From assembly GCA_034430495.1 (NCBI GenBank), contig DAOUEG010000048.1, positions 709-64,708 of the forward strand: DNA of 64,000 bases, in the 5' to 3' direction. Positions 7,674-18,342 of the stretch are shown here, piece after piece. The DNA is from Dehalococcoidales bacterium (lineage in GTDB: Bacteria > Chloroflexota > Dehalococcoidia > Dehalococcoidales > RBG-16-60-22). A program made the position numbers and the translations under genes. Below the pieces are notes generated by a model. The model was not told where the DNA came from. It saw nothing but the letters and a program-made list of their open reading frames with translations, and searched no databases. Positions within the stretch are counted from its first letter, which is position 1. Every line of letters begins with the position of its first letter.

Positions 7674-10454
7674 TCAGGCGGCAGCGCCGACCGGCTGCGG
7701 CGGAAAAGCGAACTTGCTCTTGGACTCGATGACGATGTCCTCGTCCTTGGTATCCACGACGACGTAGGACACATAGGTGTTCTCGGCTATCTTGAGCTCC
7801 GGCACCTTGCCGCGGGTGCCCTTGTTTTTCCCGGCGCCCTTTTCGAGCTCCCTGATAATCTTCTCCACGTCCCACTTGATGCTCTTGGTGGAGTAGACCA
7901 CCAGCTTGTCGCCGTCCAGTTCCGCCTGGGTAATCTCCGGCAGCGTCTTGGGGGCGTCCTCGGGGGCGTCCGTCATGAGCCGGGCCGGGATTTCCCTGAC
8001 GGCGGCAAGCACCGCTTCCCGGATATCCGGGTTCTTGATGGTGGCCCTGACCTCGAAGACGCGGCTGAACACCTTGAACTCCTCCCGGAGCACGGCCTCG
8101 GAGAGCTTGTCCTCGACCATCGTCTGGATGACGCGGCGGAGCGGGCGGGCGCCGTAGACCTCGTCGTAGCCCTTGTCGCCGAGGAGGTCCTTGGCGGCGT
8201 CGGTCACGCTGAGCTTGATTTCCTTATCGGCGAGCTGGGTGCTGACGTTGGCCAGCATCAGGTCCACGATGGCGCGTATCTGCTCCTTGGCGAGCGGGTG
8301 GAAGACCACGGTGCCGTCTACGCGGTTGAGGAACTCCGGCCGGAAGGCTTTCTTCAGCTCCTGGAGCAGGTTGTCCTTCATGCGGTCGTAGCTCTGCTCG
8401 CGGGCCTTGGCCTGGTCCGAGCGCTGGGCGAAGCCGAGCGCGGTTCCCTTGCGGATGGTCTCGGCGCCGATGTTACTCGTCATGATGATGACGCTGTTGC
8501 GGAAGTCCACGCGGCGGCCCTTGGCGTCCGTCAGGTGGCCGTCGTCGAAAATCTGTAGCAGCAGATTGAAGACGTCCGGGTGGGCCTTCTCGATCTCGTC
8601 GAGCAGGATGCAGCTGTAGGACTTGCGCCGGACAGCCTCGGTGAGCTGGCCGCCCTCGTCGTAGCCGACGTAGCCGGGCGGCGCCCCGACGAGGCGGGAC
8701 ACGGCGAACTTCTCCATGAACTCGGACATATCAATGCGGATGAGGGCGTCCTCGCTGCCGAACATGAACTCCGCCAGGGCCCGGGCCAGCTCGGTCTTGC
8801 CGACGCCGGTGGGGCCGAGGAAGATGAAATTGCCGATGGGACGGCGCGGGTCCTTGAGGCCGGCGCGCGCCCGGCGGATGGCCTTGGAGATGGTGTCAAT
8901 GGCCTCGTCCTGGCCGACGATGCGCTCGTGGAGGACGTCTTCCATGTTGAGCAGGCGGCTCGTCTCGTCGTCGGAGAGTTGGACGACCGGCACGCCGGTC
9001 CACATGCTGACAACCTCGGTGACGTCGTCCTTGCCGACCACGACATTGTCCTGGTCCTGCTCGTTCCGCCACTCGTCTTCCATCTGCTGGGCCATTTCCT
9101 CGATGCGGGTCTCTTCGTCCCGCTTCTCGGCGGCCACGTCGTACTGCTGGGTGGTGAGGGCCTCTTCCTTTTCCTTGCGGATGTTATCGAGCTCAGCCTT
9201 CTTCTCCTTGAGCGTGAGGGGCATGGTGTAGTGCTTGATGCGCACGCGGGAGGCGGCCTCGTCAACGAGGTCAATGGCCTTGTCCGGCAGGAAGCGGTCC
9301 GGGATGTAGCGCGCCGCCAGGTTGGAGGCGGCGGCCAGCGCCTCGTCGCTTATCTTGAGGCGGTGGTGCTCTTCGTAGCGCTCCCGGAGGCCGCGGAGGA
9401 TTTGCAGGGTCTCGTCCACGGAGGGTTCCTCGACGAGGACCTTCTGGAAGCGGCGTTCCAGGCCGGCGTCCCGCTCGACGTACTTGCGGAAGTCGTCCAG
9501 TGTGGTCGCGCCGATGCACTGGAGCTCGCCGCGCCCGAGCGAGGGCTTCAAAATGTTGGCGGCGTCCACGGCGCCTTCGGCGGCGCCGGCACCGACCATG
9601 GTATGGAACTCATCAATGAAGATGATGCAGTTGCCGGCGGTCTTAATCTCTTCGATGATTTTCTTGAGACGTTCCTCGAACTCGCCGCGGTACTTGGTGC
9701 CGGCCACGAGCGAGCCCATGTCGAGGGCGATGAGCCGCTTGTCCGCCAGGGTCTCCGGCACGTCGCCGCTGATGATGCGGTGGGCCAGCCCTTCCACGAT
9801 GGCCGTCTTGCCGACGCCGGGCTCGCCGACCAGGGCAGGGTTGTTCTTGGTGCGGCGGCTGAGGATCTGGATGAGCCGCTCGATCTCGTTATGGCGCCCG
9901 ATGACGGGGTCCAGCTTGCCGGCGCGGGCGGCGGCGGTGAGGTCCGTGCCGAGCTGGTCGAGGGCGGGGGTGCGGCTGGAGCCGCGCGGCAGGCGCTGCT
10001 TGCTGGGGGTGCTCTGGGTCAGGATGTGGCCCACCTCGGCGCGGGTGCGTTCCAGGGTGATGCCGAAGCTGTCCAGCACGCTGGCGGCGACACCTTCGCC
10101 TTCGCGGAGGAGGCCGAGCAGCAGGTGTTCGGTGCCGATATAGTTATGGCCCATCTGGCGGGCCTCGTCAATGGCAAGCTCGATGACCTTCTTGGCGCGC
10201 GGGGTCAGGCCGGTCTCGCCGGTGCCCGGCTTCTCGCCCCGGCCGATGATGAACTCCACCGCCGAGCGTACCTTGTTGAGGCCGATGCCGAGGTTGGTGA
10301 GCACCCGGGCCGCCACGCCCTCTTCTTCCCGCACCAGCCCGAGCAGGATGTGCTCGGTGCCGATATAGCTGTGGTTCAGGTTGCGGGCTTCTTCCTGGGC
10401 GATGGTGAGGACCCGGCGGGCTCGCTCTGAAAACTTCTCAAACCTGCTGGCCAT
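7674..10454 (-). CDS. clpC: ATP-dependent Clp protease ATP-binding subunit ClpC (926 aa, with a C-terminal extension)
   Basis: Two N-terminal Clp repeats ([13 protein letters not shown] / [13 protein letters not shown]), Walker A motifs [15 protein letters not shown] and [15 protein letters not shown], and a UVR-like middle domain. Confidence 0.95.
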   Translation of the reverse strand: MASRFEKFSERARRVLTIAQEEARNLNHSYIGTEHILLGLVREEEGVAARVLTNLGIGLNKVRSAVEFIIGRGEKPGTGETGLTPRAKKVIELAIDEARQMGHNYIGTEHLLLGLLREGEGVAASVLDSFGITLERTRAEVGHILTQSTPSKQRLPRGSSRTPALDQLGTDLTAAARAGKLDPVIGRHNEIERLIQILSRRTKNNPALVGEPGVGKTAIVEGLAHRIISGDVPETLADKRLIALDMGSLVAGTKYRGEFEERLKKIIEEIKTAGNCIIFIDEFHTMVGAGAAEGAVDAANILKPSLGRGELQCIGATTLDDFRKYVERDAGLERRFQKVLVEEPSVDETLQILRGLRERYEEHHRLKISDEALAAASNLAARYIPDRFLPDKAIDLVDEAASRVRIKHYTMPLTLKEKKAELDNIRKEKEEALTTQQYDVAAEKRDEETRIEEMAQQMEDEWRNEQDQDNVVVGKDDVTEVVSMWTGVPVVQLSDDETSRLLNMEDVLHERIVGQDEAIDTISKAIRRARAGLKDPRRPIGNFIFLGPTGVGKTELARALAEFMFGSEDALIRIDMSEFMEKFAVSRLVGAPPGYVGYDEGGQLTEAVRRKSYSCILLDEIEKAHPDVFNLLLQIFDDGHLTDAKGRRVDFRNSVIIMTSNIGAETIRKGTALGFAQRSDQAKAREQSYDRMKDNLLQELKKAFRPEFLNRVDGTVVFHPLAKEQIRAIVDLMLANVSTQLADKEIKLSVTDAAKDLLGDKGYDEVYGARPLRRVIQTMVEDKLSEAVLREEFKVFSRVFEVRATIKNPDIREAVLAAVREIPARLMTDAPEDAPKTLPEITQAELDGDKLVVYSTKSIKWDVEKIIRELEKGAGKNKGTRGKVPELKIAENTYVSYVVVDTKDEDIVIESKSKFAFPPQPVGAAA

Positions 10455-10595
10455 AAATCAATCCTGTGCGTCCACGCGAAACGGTGCTGCTATCCTCATG
10501 TTATAACAAAACCAAAAGTGACGCAAGCAAAGAATAGCCTGATTGTGCGTGGGGGGCGGCATGCATATTGGGGAGGGTCAGGAAGGGGGAATACC

Positions 10596-10763
10596 GAACA
10601 GGCAGAAATAGCAAAGCCCCCTGGCGGTGGCATATTTTCCACAAGGAGTCGCCCCCTCAGTATCGTCTGCGCTGAAGCGTTTCACTTCCGTGTTCGGGAT
10701 GGGAACGGGTGGGACCGCTCCGCTAAAACCACCAAGAGGCTTAAAGCTCTTGTCTGCCTGTTC
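10596..10763 (-). repeat. 11-bp inverted repeat bracketing the 5S gene (candidate precursor processing stem)
   Basis: GAACAGGCAGA at 10596-10606 is the exact reverse complement of TCTGCCTGTTC at 10753-10763. The two arms flank the 5S coding segment. Confidence 0.5.
10618..10736 (-). rRNA. rrf: 5S ribosomal RNA
   Basis: The minus strand reads CUUGGUGGUUUUAGCGGAGCGGUCCCACCCGUUCCCAUCCCGAACACGGAAGUGAAACGCUUCAGCGCAGACGAUACUGAGGGGGCGACUCCUUGUGGAAAAUAUGCCACCGCCAGG. This closely parallels the E. coli 5S core (CCCACCUGACCCCAUGCCGAACUCAGAAGUGAAACGC). The terminal helix I pairs. Ends are +/- a few nt. Confidence 0.95.
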
Positions 10764-10796
10764 AGTTGTTAAGGGTCGCTTTCACAACCAATGACT

Positions 10797-10825
10797 ATTC
10801 TAGCATACTTTTCCGCCGTTGAAAA
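10797..10825 (-). promoter_or_regulatory. Candidate sigma70-type promoter for the 5S rRNA gene
   Basis: Minus strand: TTTTCA, then 17 nt, then an extended -10 (TGC TAGAAT), ~55 nt upstream of the mature 5S 5' end. Confidence 0.45.
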
Positions 10826-11123
10826 GAGGGTAACGCGGTGCCCCTGCAAAGAGGTGAAAAAATCCTCCCACGCGCGGAAAACCCAGCATGGGTAGCTAGA
10901 ACCGCCCTTGACAACCCTGAGGACACATGCTAGGTTAGGAGAGGGTTTTTTCCGGACAGGCACAGTACGCTCCGGCACCACGCCGGAGCGCCTCCCGTTA
11001 CCGGCCACAGCGTGAACGGGCGCCTTACGGATGCCCCCGTATGATGATGGAATGGTAAACATCGCCGAAGTTCCCACCATACCGCCCGCTTCTTCCATGA
11101 AACTGCCGCGAGGTGACAACGAC

Positions 11124-11414
11124 ATGAGCATAGAGCTGGTTCACATCGGTTTCGGGAACATCATGGCGATGAACCGGGCTATTGCCATCGCCTCGCCGAA
11201 CTCCGCCCCCACCAAGCGCACCATCCACGAAGGAAAAGCCAGCGGCATGGTGATTGACATGACCAGCGGGCGGCGGACCAAGGCCGTCATCTTCACGGAC
11301 AGCGGGCACATTATCCTGGCGGCCCTGGCGCCGGAAACCATCGCCAGCCGCCTGCAATCGAGCCGCAACGGGGGTCTCCGGCAGGACTCCCACGACGGTG
11401 ACGATGAACCCTGA
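11124..11414 (+). CDS. remA: RemA/YlzA-family (DUF370) regulatory protein
   Basis: [77 protein letters not shown] is near-colinear with Bacillus RemA. Conserved remA-gmk arrangement. Confidence 0.85.
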   Translation: MSIELVHIGFGNIMAMNRAIAIASPNSAPTKRTIHEGKASGMVIDMTSGRRTKAVIFTDSGHIILAALAPETIASRLQSSRNGGLRQDSHDGDDEP

Positions 11415-12030
11415 ACCCGACCTCTCCTCGTACCTCAACCCCCCACCGCTCCTCGTCATTCTCTCCGGGCTGTCCGGCGCCGGCAAGGACGCCGTCCTGG
11501 CCGAGCTCCGCAAGGACGGCCCGCCCCTGGAAATCATCGTGACGATGACGACGCGCGCCCTGCGCCCCGGCGAGCGGGACGGCGCGCCCTACCACTTCAT
11601 TTCCCGGGACCGCTTTCTCGCCATGCGCGACGCCGGTGAGTTCCTGGAATGGGCCGAGGTCTACGGGAACTACTACGGCAACTCCCGGTCCGAGGTTAGG
11701 GCCGCCCTGGACGCCGGCAAGGACGTCCTCCTCAAGGTGGACGTTCAGGGGGCGGCCACCATCAAGCAGCTCGTGCCGGAAGCCATCGCCGTTTTCCTGG
11801 CTACGCCGACGCTGGCCATGCTGGAGGCGCGGCTGCGCAACCGCCGGACGGAATCCTCCTCAGACCTGGCGCTGCGGCTGAAGACGGCCGCCCGGGAGCT
11901 CGAACAGCTGCCGCGGTTCGACTACGTGGTGATGAACGACGAGGGCGGCATAAAGCAGGCCGCCGCGGACGTCCGCGCCATCATCACGGCGGAAAAGGGC
12001 CGTATCGGGCGGCGCCGCCCCACCGTCTGA
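11398..12030 (+). CDS. gmk: Guanylate kinase
   Basis: P-loop [27 protein letters not shown] and [11 protein letters not shown]. Start is GTG 11398 or ATG 11404. Confidence 0.9.
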   Translation: MTMNPEPDLSSYLNPPPLLVILSGLSGAGKDAVLAELRKDGPPLEIIVTMTTRALRPGERDGAPYHFISRDRFLAMRDAGEFLEWAEVYGNYYGNSRSEVRAALDAGKDVLLKVDVQGAATIKQLVPEAIAVFLATPTLAMLEARLRNRRTESSSDLALRLKTAARELEQLPRFDYVVMNDEGGIKQAAADVRAIITAEKGRIGRRRPTV

Positions 12031-12035
12031 CCCGG

Positions 12036-13055
12036 CTACGTCCAGAAATGGAGCAGCCAGGAGAAGATGTAGCCGAGCGCGCCGCAGATGGGGAAGGTGA
12101 GGATCCACGCGGCGACGATGTTGCCCGCAATCCCCCAGCGCACCGCCGAGAACCGCTCCGTGGCGCCGACGCCCATCGTCGAGGCGCTGATGAGGTGCGT
12201 GGTGCTGACGGGAATCCCGAAGGCCGAGGCGACCTCGATGACGGTGGCGGCGGAGGCCTGCGTGGTGAACCCCTGCACCGGCCGGAGCGTCGTGACCCGG
12301 GTGCCCATCGTCCGGATGACCTTCCAGCCGCCCATGGCCGTGCCCGTGCTGATGGCGACGGCCGGCACCAGGATGACCCACCAGAGACTGGCCGAGGCAA
12401 TCGAGAGCCGGTCCCAGATGGTGGGGTCGTTGAAGTAGACGACCATCGCCATGGCGATGACGCCGATGGGCATCTGGCCGTCGTTCTTGCCGTGGCTGTA
12501 GGCCATGAAGACCGTCGTCAGGTACTGGCCCCGGGAGAAGTTCCGGCGTATGGCGTCCGGCGCGGAGCGCCGGAACAGCCAGTAGATGGCTATCATCCCC
12601 GCGTAGCCGCCGGCGAACCCGAGCATCGGCGCGATGACCACCGCCAGCAGCACCGTTACCATGACGTTCCAGACGACGGCGTGGATGCCGGCGACGGCGA
12701 TGCCGGCCGCGGCCAGCCCGGCGATGAACCCGTGGTGGAGGCTGATGGGCAGGCCCATCCAGGTGGCGAGCGTGCCCCAGATGATGATGGAGGCCAGCGC
12801 CGCGATGACGGTGGAGAAGGAGATGGCGTCCGCCGCCAGGATGCCCTTGCCGATGGTATGGGCGACGGCGGTGCCGGTGCAGGCGCCGGCCAGGTTACCG
12901 GCGGCGGCGAGGGCGATGGCCGTCCGCGAGGAGAGCGAGCGCGCCCCGATGGCCGGCGCGATGGCGTTGGCGGCATCGTTGAAGCCATTGACGACGGCGA
13001 AGCCGATGGTCAGCAGGATGATGAAGATGAAGAGGACCAGCGACGAATCAGGCAT
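12036..13055 (-). CDS. pit: Inorganic phosphate transporter, PiT family
   Basis: Carries GFNDAANAIA and HGKNDGQ signature repeats. The real start is ATG at 13055 (MPDSSLVLFIF...). The upstream part of the 442-aa track ORF is non-coding-looking. Confidence 0.9.
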   Translation of the reverse strand: MPDSSLVLFIFIILLTIGFAVVNGFNDAANAIAPAIGARSLSSRTAIALAAAGNLAGACTGTAVAHTIGKGILAADAISFSTVIAALASIIIWGTLATWMGLPISLHHGFIAGLAAAGIAVAGIHAVVWNVMVTVLLAVVIAPMLGFAGGYAGMIAIYWLFRRSAPDAIRRNFSRGQYLTTVFMAYSHGKNDGQMPIGVIAMAMVVYFNDPTIWDRLSIASASLWWVILVPAVAISTGTAMGGWKVIRTMGTRVTTLRPVQGFTTQASAATVIEVASAFGIPVSTTHLISASTMGVGATERFSAVRWGIAGNIVAAWILTFPICGALGYIFSWLLHFWT

Positions 13056-13677
13056 GCTTGAGGGCCACTCCCTCGAGGACGTTGGCGACGTCCTCGGCGC
13101 GGTCCGTGGCAGACTCGAGGTGCTCGTAAATCTCGCGCCACTTGATGAGCAGGGCGATATCCGAGGTGTTCTCGAAGAGCTCCGCCATGGCGGCGCGGTA
13201 GACGCGGTCCGCCATGTTCTCCAGCCGGTTGAGCTCCACGCAGCCGGCCATGATGTTCTTGAGCTCCTTGCGGTGGCGCAGGCCGGAGACGGCCTTCTGG
13301 ACCTCCACGGCGCCCTTGACGATGATGCCGGCGAGCTCCTTGGCGCGGCCGGTGGGCTGGTCAATCTTATAGATGAACATGGCGTCCGCGGCGGAGTGGA
13401 TGAAGTCCATGATGTCGTCCATGGTGTGGGCGAGCAGGGCGATGTCCTCGCGGTCGAAGGGAGTGACGAAGGTGCGGTGGAGGAGGGAGATGATCTGGTG
13501 GGTGATGGTATCGCCCTTGTGCTCCAGCTCGGTAATCTCGGCGACGCGGCTGTCCACGAACTCCCAGGTGGTGAGCATTTCCAGGAGCTCCTCGGCCGCC
13601 TTCAGGATGTTCTCGGCGCTTTCCTCGAAGAGCTGGAAGAACTTGCTTTCCTTGGGGATAAAGGCCAGTCTCACCAT
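13048..13677 (-). CDS. DUF47-family (PhoU-like) PiT accessory protein
   Basis: MVRLAFIPKESKFFQLFEESAENI...ELEHKGDTITHQI...FDREDI... is the typical YkaA/DUF47 pattern. There is an 8-nt overlap with pit. Confidence 0.8.
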   Translation of the reverse strand: MVRLAFIPKESKFFQLFEESAENILKAAEELLEMLTTWEFVDSRVAEITELEHKGDTITHQIISLLHRTFVTPFDREDIALLAHTMDDIMDFIHSAADAMFIYKIDQPTGRAKELAGIIVKGAVEVQKAVSGLRHRKELKNIMAGCVELNRLENMADRVYRAAMAELFENTSDIALLIKWREIYEHLESATDRAEDVANVLEGVALKHA

Positions 13678-13813
13678 CGCAGTTGCTCCTTTACCGGACG
13701 TTCGTGAAAGACCGGGACAGCCGGAGGGCGGCGCGCCGGGCGACCCCGAAAAACCTACCCGAGTTTATTCGGAAAATGTTAAGAATGTCAAGGCGGAGCC
13801 GGGCCGGAAGAGG

Positions 13814-15205
13814 CTACTCCTCGCCATCGAGGCCGAGGGGTTCGTCACCGCCGTCATCGGGCGATTGGCGGCCGAGGGCCCGCTGCCAGATGGACTTGAG
13901 CCGGTCGGCCATCTTCTGCTCGTAACCGAGGCTGCCGGGGGTATAGAACTGCTTGCCCTTGAGGGAGTCCGGCAGGTGCTGCTGCTCGACGACGTGCTCC
14001 GGGAAGTCGTGGGCGTACTTGTAGCCCTCGCCGTAGCCCATCTCCTCCATGAGGGGGGTGGGGGCGTTGCGGATGTTCAGGGGGACGTCCTCGCTGGCGC
14101 CGCCCTTGATCTCCTCGCGGGCGCGGTTGTAGGCGGCGTAGAGGGAGTTGCTCTTGGGGGCGGTGGCCATATAGACGGCGGCCTGGGTCAGGGCCAGATT
14201 GGCCTCCGGCATGCCGATGAAGTGGACGGCCTGCTGGGCGGCCATGGCCTGGACGAGGGCCTGCGGGTCCGCCAGGCCGATATCCTCCGAGGCGAAGCGG
14301 ACGATGCGCCGGGCGATGTAGAGCGGGTCCTCCCCGTTCTCCAGCATGACGGCGAGCCAGTAGACAGCGGCGTCCGCGTCCGAGTCCCGCATGGACTTGT
14401 GGAGGGCGGAGATGAGGTCGTAGTGCTGCTCGCCGGCCTTGTCGTAGATAGCGGCGCGGCGCTGGAGGGCGTCCTCGATGATGGTGAGGCTGACGACGCG
14501 CTTGCCGCGCTCGTCCGGGGGGGTGCTCTGGGCGGCCGTTTCCAGCGTGTTGAGGGCGATGCGGGCGTCATGGTTGCACATGGCGATGAGGTGGCTGATG
14601 GCCTCCGAGGAAATCTCCACGTTGAGGGTGCCGATGCCCTGGAGCTTGTCCTTGAGGGCGCGCATGATGAGGACCTGTATCTCCTCCTCCGAGAGGGGTT
14701 TCAGCGGCAGGACGCGGGAGCGGGAGAGGAGCGGCGAGGTGACCTCGAACGAGGGATTCTCCGTGGTGGCGCCGATGAGGGTAATGGTGCCGTCCTCGAC
14801 GAAGGGCAGGATGACGTCCTGCTGGGCCTTGTTGAAGCGGTGGATCTCGTCAATGAAAAGGATGGTCTTCTGGAGGTGCACCTTGCGGCGCTCCTGCGCC
14901 TGCTGGATGGCCTTGCGGAGGTCGTTGACGGAAGCGCTGGTGGCGCTGATGGGGGCGAAGAAGGCGCCGGTGCTGGAGGCGATGATAAAGGCGAGGGTGG
15001 TCTTGCCGCAGCCGGGCGGGCCCCAGAAAATCATGGAGGGGATGCGGTCCGCCTCGATGGCGCGGCGGAGCACCTTGCCCTTGCCGATGAGGTGCTCCTG
15101 GCCCACGTAGGTATGGAGGCTGTTGGGGCGCATGCGGGTGGCGAGCGGGGCGCCGGCCAGGGCCTGCTGGTCGTCCTGGTGGTCGAACATATTCATGCTG
15201 CTCAT
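13814..15205 (-). CDS. rarA: Replication-associated recombination protein A (RarA/MgsA AAA+ ATPase)
   Basis: MRPNSLHTYVGQEHL, Walker A GPPGCGKTTLA, FIDEIHRFNKAQQD and GATTENPSFE. Confidence 0.9.
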   Translation of the reverse strand: MSSMNMFDHQDDQQALAGAPLATRMRPNSLHTYVGQEHLIGKGKVLRRAIEADRIPSMIFWGPPGCGKTTLAFIIASSTGAFFAPISATSASVNDLRKAIQQAQERRKVHLQKTILFIDEIHRFNKAQQDVILPFVEDGTITLIGATTENPSFEVTSPLLSRSRVLPLKPLSEEEIQVLIMRALKDKLQGIGTLNVEISSEAISHLIAMCNHDARIALNTLETAAQSTPPDERGKRVVSLTIIEDALQRRAAIYDKAGEQHYDLISALHKSMRDSDADAAVYWLAVMLENGEDPLYIARRIVRFASEDIGLADPQALVQAMAAQQAVHFIGMPEANLALTQAAVYMATAPKSNSLYAAYNRAREEIKGGASEDVPLNIRNAPTPLMEEMGYGEGYKYAHDFPEHVVEQQHLPDSLKGKQFYTPGSLGYEQKMADRLKSIWQRALGRQSPDDGGDEPLGLDGEE

Positions 15206-15301
15206 CGCCGGCCTCCTTCCCGGTTGCCGCCGGTCAATCCAAGGCTATTGTGGCACAAAAGGAGGGGACTGTCCAGCGTATTTTGTCGCGTTTTGGTGAG
15301 G

Positions 15302-15925
15302 CTAAATAGTACCACGGATGATGGTGACGGTGCCGAAAAAGGCGCGCTTCTCCGCGACGACGGTGATGCCGGCCTCGCGGACGAGGGCGGCGAGGTCAAT
15401 AAAGGCGAAGGACGGGTAGTACTTGCTGTCGATGGTGCGGATGAAGCGGTAGGCGAACCAGCGGCGCAGCCCCCGCGGGGGGAGGTAGTAGTCCACCACG
15501 AAGACGGTGCCGCCGGGGCGGGTGACGCGGCGCATCTCCGCGAGCACCTTGGGCCGCATGTCCGGGGGCATATCATGGAGGGCGAAGGCGACGTGGGTGA
15601 CATCGAAGCTGGCGTCCTCAAAGGGGAGCGCGGCGGCATCCCCTTCCACCAAAGTGACGTTACGGTAGCGGTCCCTGGAGCGGGCGACGGCGAGCATGTC
15701 CGGGGAGAGGTCCAGGCCGGTGACGATATTGCCCCGCCGGGCCAGGGCGAACGCCTGACGGGCGGTGCCGGTAGCGACATCCAGCACCTTGACCTGCGGG
15801 CCGGGCGGCACGAGGGCGGCGACCTGTTTCTCCACGACCTTGAACGGGATGGTCACGAGGTCGTAGTAGGCGTGATGCTTCTTGAAGAACGCCTTGATGT
15901 AGGCGTAGTCGGCGGATTGGTTCAT
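15302..15925 (-). CDS. Class I SAM-dependent methyltransferase
   Basis: VLDVATGTARQAFALA (motif I), LPFEDASFDVT and RPGGTVFVVDY. ATG 15925 avoids the 41-nt overlap with the upstream gene. The longest ORF reaches 15967. Confidence 0.8.
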   Translation of the reverse strand: MNQSADYAYIKAFFKKHHAYYDLVTIPFKVVEKQVAALVPPGPQVKVLDVATGTARQAFALARRGNIVTGLDLSPDMLAVARSRDRYRNVTLVEGDAAALPFEDASFDVTHVAFALHDMPPDMRPKVLAEMRRVTRPGGTVFVVDYYLPPRGLRRWFAYRFIRTIDSKYYPSFAFIDLAALVREAGITVVAEKRAFFGTVTIIRGTI

Positions 15926-15926
15926 A

Positions 15927-16400
15927 TTAGAAGGTACGGCCGGGTTGGTCGTCGTTTTCTCCGCCAATCTTGCGCCATCGCTCCCGGTTAGGAAACGTCA
16001 GGACGAGAGCGGCCATAGAAACGAGGATAAAGGGCAGTGAAATATACACTTCCGCACCGAGGACGGCCAGAATGAGGCCGTAGATGCCTATCGCTTCAAA
16101 AAGTGAGGCGCGCACTATAATAAAGTTCAGGGCGTCCGCCGACGCATTACCGGAGCCACGTATGAACCTGGTGAGGACCGATGGAAAGCCGGCACCGAGC
16201 AGTAAGGTAATGACAGCGAGGACCGCCAACGCTATTTCGATGAGCTGAAAGTCAGGGTCGGCGGGGTCAAAGATGCCGCCTATCACGTTCGGGACGAGGA
16301 GGTAGGCAATAAGGAGGTACATCAACCCGGCCGTCAGCATGAGGGAATACATGATCTGGGCATTCTTGAGAGTACGTCCCGATCCAAACAGCTCCAGCAT
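15927..16400 (-). CDS. Hypothetical integral membrane protein
   Basis: Contains four predicted hydrophobic helices. No recognisable family. Packed tightly in a co-directional gene string. Confidence 0.5.
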   Translation of the reverse strand: MLELFGSGRTLKNAQIMYSLMLTAGLMYLLIAYLLVPNVIGGIFDPADPDFQLIEIALAVLAVITLLLGAGFPSVLTRFIRGSGNASADALNFIIVRASLFEAIGIYGLILAVLGAEVYISLPFILVSMAALVLTFPNRERWRKIGGENDDQPGRTF

Positions 16401-16430
16401 TCGAGTTTTCCTCCTCCGCGATAACGATTG

Positions 16431-17003
16431 CTACCTGAGGATGATATCGTCCAGCTTGCGCTTGGGCACGTGGTGGACGCCGTTGGCATCCCGCCAGTAC
16501 TTGATGCTGCCGTCCGGGGGGAGCTCCTCCAGCACGACCTCTTCCTTGGGGCGGCCGAGGGAGAGGACGAGCAGGATCTCATACCGGGCGGGGATATCCA
16601 GCGCGGCCCGCAGCTCCGGCTGCTTGATGCTGCCGTGCATGCAGCCGCCGAGGCCCCGCTCCCGGGCGCCGAGGAAGATGCTCTGGGCGGCGATGCCGTG
16701 GTCGCAGAACCAGTTTTTGGCTATCTCGGTATCCGCCAGCACGACGATGTAGGCGGCGGGGCGCTCGCCCTCCGCGGGGCCGGGCCAGTCCGTCAAATAG
16801 CCGGCCCAGCCGAGGGTAGCGAAGACCCTGGCGCGCTCGGCGGCGTCCGTGACGGTGAGGTACTTGAGGGACTGGAGGTTGGCGCCGGACGGGGAGAGGC
16901 GGGCGAGGTCAATGAGCTCGCGGAGGGTCTCTTTGGAGACGGGGACGTCCTCGTAGAAGCGGCGGCAGGTGCGGTTGGATTTGACGAGGTCTCGTACTGA
17001 CAT
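16431..17003 (-). CDS. Nitroreductase-family flavoprotein
   Basis: RTCRRFYEDVPVSKETLRELIDLARLSPSGANLQ is the canonical nitroreductase N-terminal motif. Confidence 0.8.
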   Translation of the reverse strand: MSVRDLVKSNRTCRRFYEDVPVSKETLRELIDLARLSPSGANLQSLKYLTVTDAAERARVFATLGWAGYLTDWPGPAEGERPAAYIVVLADTEIAKNWFCDHGIAAQSIFLGARERGLGGCMHGSIKQPELRAALDIPARYEILLVLSLGRPKEEVVLEELPPDGSIKYWRDANGVHHVPKRKLDDIILR

Positions 17004-17013
17004 GGGTGACTCC

Positions 17014-18342
17014 TTACTCTTTGTGGCGTACCACCTCGAACCGGTAGAGGTTGACGGGCTCGTCCGGGTGGATGCCGGCCTTCTGGCGGCAGATAGCGAT
17101 TTGCTGCTCCACGGTGTCCACGCCCTCGAGGTCCGGCAGGAGCAGGCCGCGCCGCCAGCCGGACTCCACGATGAGCCCGTACCGCTTGGGGTCGAGGGTG
17201 CTCATGTCATCCACGGGCACCGGGCTGGTGAGGACGTCCACGGTGTACTCCAGGTCGGCCAGCTCCTCCTCGCGGACGGGATGGAAGCGGGGGTCCTGGG
17301 TGGCGGAGCTGATGGCGTTGGTGATGATTTCCCAGGCGATGTCCGGCTGCTGGGGCTCGAAGGTGCCGATGCAGCCTCGCAGCGAGCCGTCCTTCTTGTG
17401 GATGGAGACGAAGACGCCGGCCTTTTCCTGGAGTTCCGGGGTGGGGTCTTCCGGGGCGTCGAGGCGGCGGCCCTCCTTGACGAGCGTCTCCACGGTGGCT
17501 CGGGCGAGGCCCACGAGGGGGTCGGTGGGGGACTTCGGGATAATGACGCCGGCGTAGCCGACGACGGCATCGCGGTCGCCGGTGGCGTCGCCGCTCGTGG
17601 CGTACTTGACCGGCTCCCCGGCGGCGGCGCCGAGCTCTTTCGCCACGGTAATGAGGACCATGGCCGGGCCGAAGGCGCACATGGTGATGTGGAGCTCGCG
17701 GTAGCGGCGGTCCAGCTCCGCATCGTCGAGGGCGACGATGGCCTCGACGGCCTTATAGTCCTTCTCCCGGGCGGTGGCGTCCGGCTCGTAGTGGGTCATG
17801 TCCCCGCTGGCCAGGACCAGGGCCTCGCGGCCGGTCTCGCTGAGGGTGCGGGCGATGTCCCGCCCGATTTCCCGGTAGAGGGCCGCCGGGGCGAGGGACA
17901 GGATGATGGGGACGATTTTCACGTCCGGCTTGAGGTACTGGAGGAAGGGGAGCTGTATCTCCACGGCGTGCTCCTCGCGGTGGGCGGCGGTGTCCGCCTC
18001 CAGGTAGCCGGAGTGGTTGATGAGCTCGAAGGCGAGGGCCTCGTCCACCTCCACGTCCCCGAGGGGGGTACGCCAGGTGCCTTCCGGCATGACGGAAAAC
18101 GGCTTGCCCCGGCCGCTGTGGGACGGCCCGATGATGATGACGGTATCCGTGAGGCGGACGCGGGAGATGGTGGCCCCGGCCACGGCGCCGGAGTAGATGT
18201 AGCCGGCGTGCGGCACGAGGAGCCCGATGGCCTCCGTCCGGGCCGCGTCCGGGTCCACCAGGGCGGCGACCATCTTCTTCAGTTCCGAGGCGGTGCCGGG
18301 ATAGAACGACCCGGCGGCGTACGGCTGACGTACCATTTTCAT
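17014..18342 (-). CDS. Fusion of AmmeMemoRadiSam system protein B (Memo-like) and protein A (AMMECR1 domain)
   Basis: The N-terminal half has the Memo motifs AAGSFYPG and [14 protein letters not shown]. The C-terminal half has AMMECR1 motifs [19 protein letters not shown] and RRGLLLPD. Confidence 0.85.
   Translation of the reverse strand: MKMVRQPYAAGSFYPGTASELKKMVAALVDPDAARTEAIGLLVPHAGYIYSGAVAGATISRVRLTDTVIIIGPSHSGRGKPFSVMPEGTWRTPLGDVEVDEALAFELINHSGYLEADTAAHREEHAVEIQLPFLQYLKPDVKIVPIILSLAPAALYREIGRDIARTLSETGREALVLASGDMTHYEPDATAREKDYKAVEAIVALDDAELDRRYRELHITMCAFGPAMVLITVAKELGAAAGEPVKYATSGDATGDRDAVVGYAGVIIPKSPTDPLVGLARATVETLVKEGRRLDAPEDPTPELQEKAGVFVSIHKKDGSLRGCIGTFEPQQPDIAWEIITNAISSATQDPRFHPVREEELADLEYTVDVLTSPVPVDDMSTLDPKRYGLIVESGWRRGLLLPDLEGVDTVEQQIAICRQKAGIHPDEPVNLYRFEVVRHKE

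Noticed and set aside
8580-10430. 616-aa plus-strand ORF antisense to clpC. Similar very long ORFs occur at 13373-15991 (+), 26171-28120 (+), 35071-37398 (+), 46159-47910 (+), 52011-53501 (-), 62788-63975 (-), 30234-31607 (-) and 24905-26077 (-).
   Set aside because: Their composition is Arg/Gly/Ala/Pro/Asp-rich and low-complexity, which is typical of stop-codon-poor antisense frames in high-GC DNA. Each lies opposite a gene with clear family motifs. None has recognisable motifs of its own.
10518-10772. 84-aa ORF in the clpC-remA gap.
   Set aside because: It is the reverse complement of the 5S rRNA gene region. The conserved 5S core explains the sequence.
10737-11030. Possible 3' end of a 23S rRNA gene upstream of the 5S gene.
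   Set aside because: Read on both strands, the region has no 23S-like conserved 3' domain sequence. It contains promoter-like elements for the 5S gene and for the divergent remA instead.
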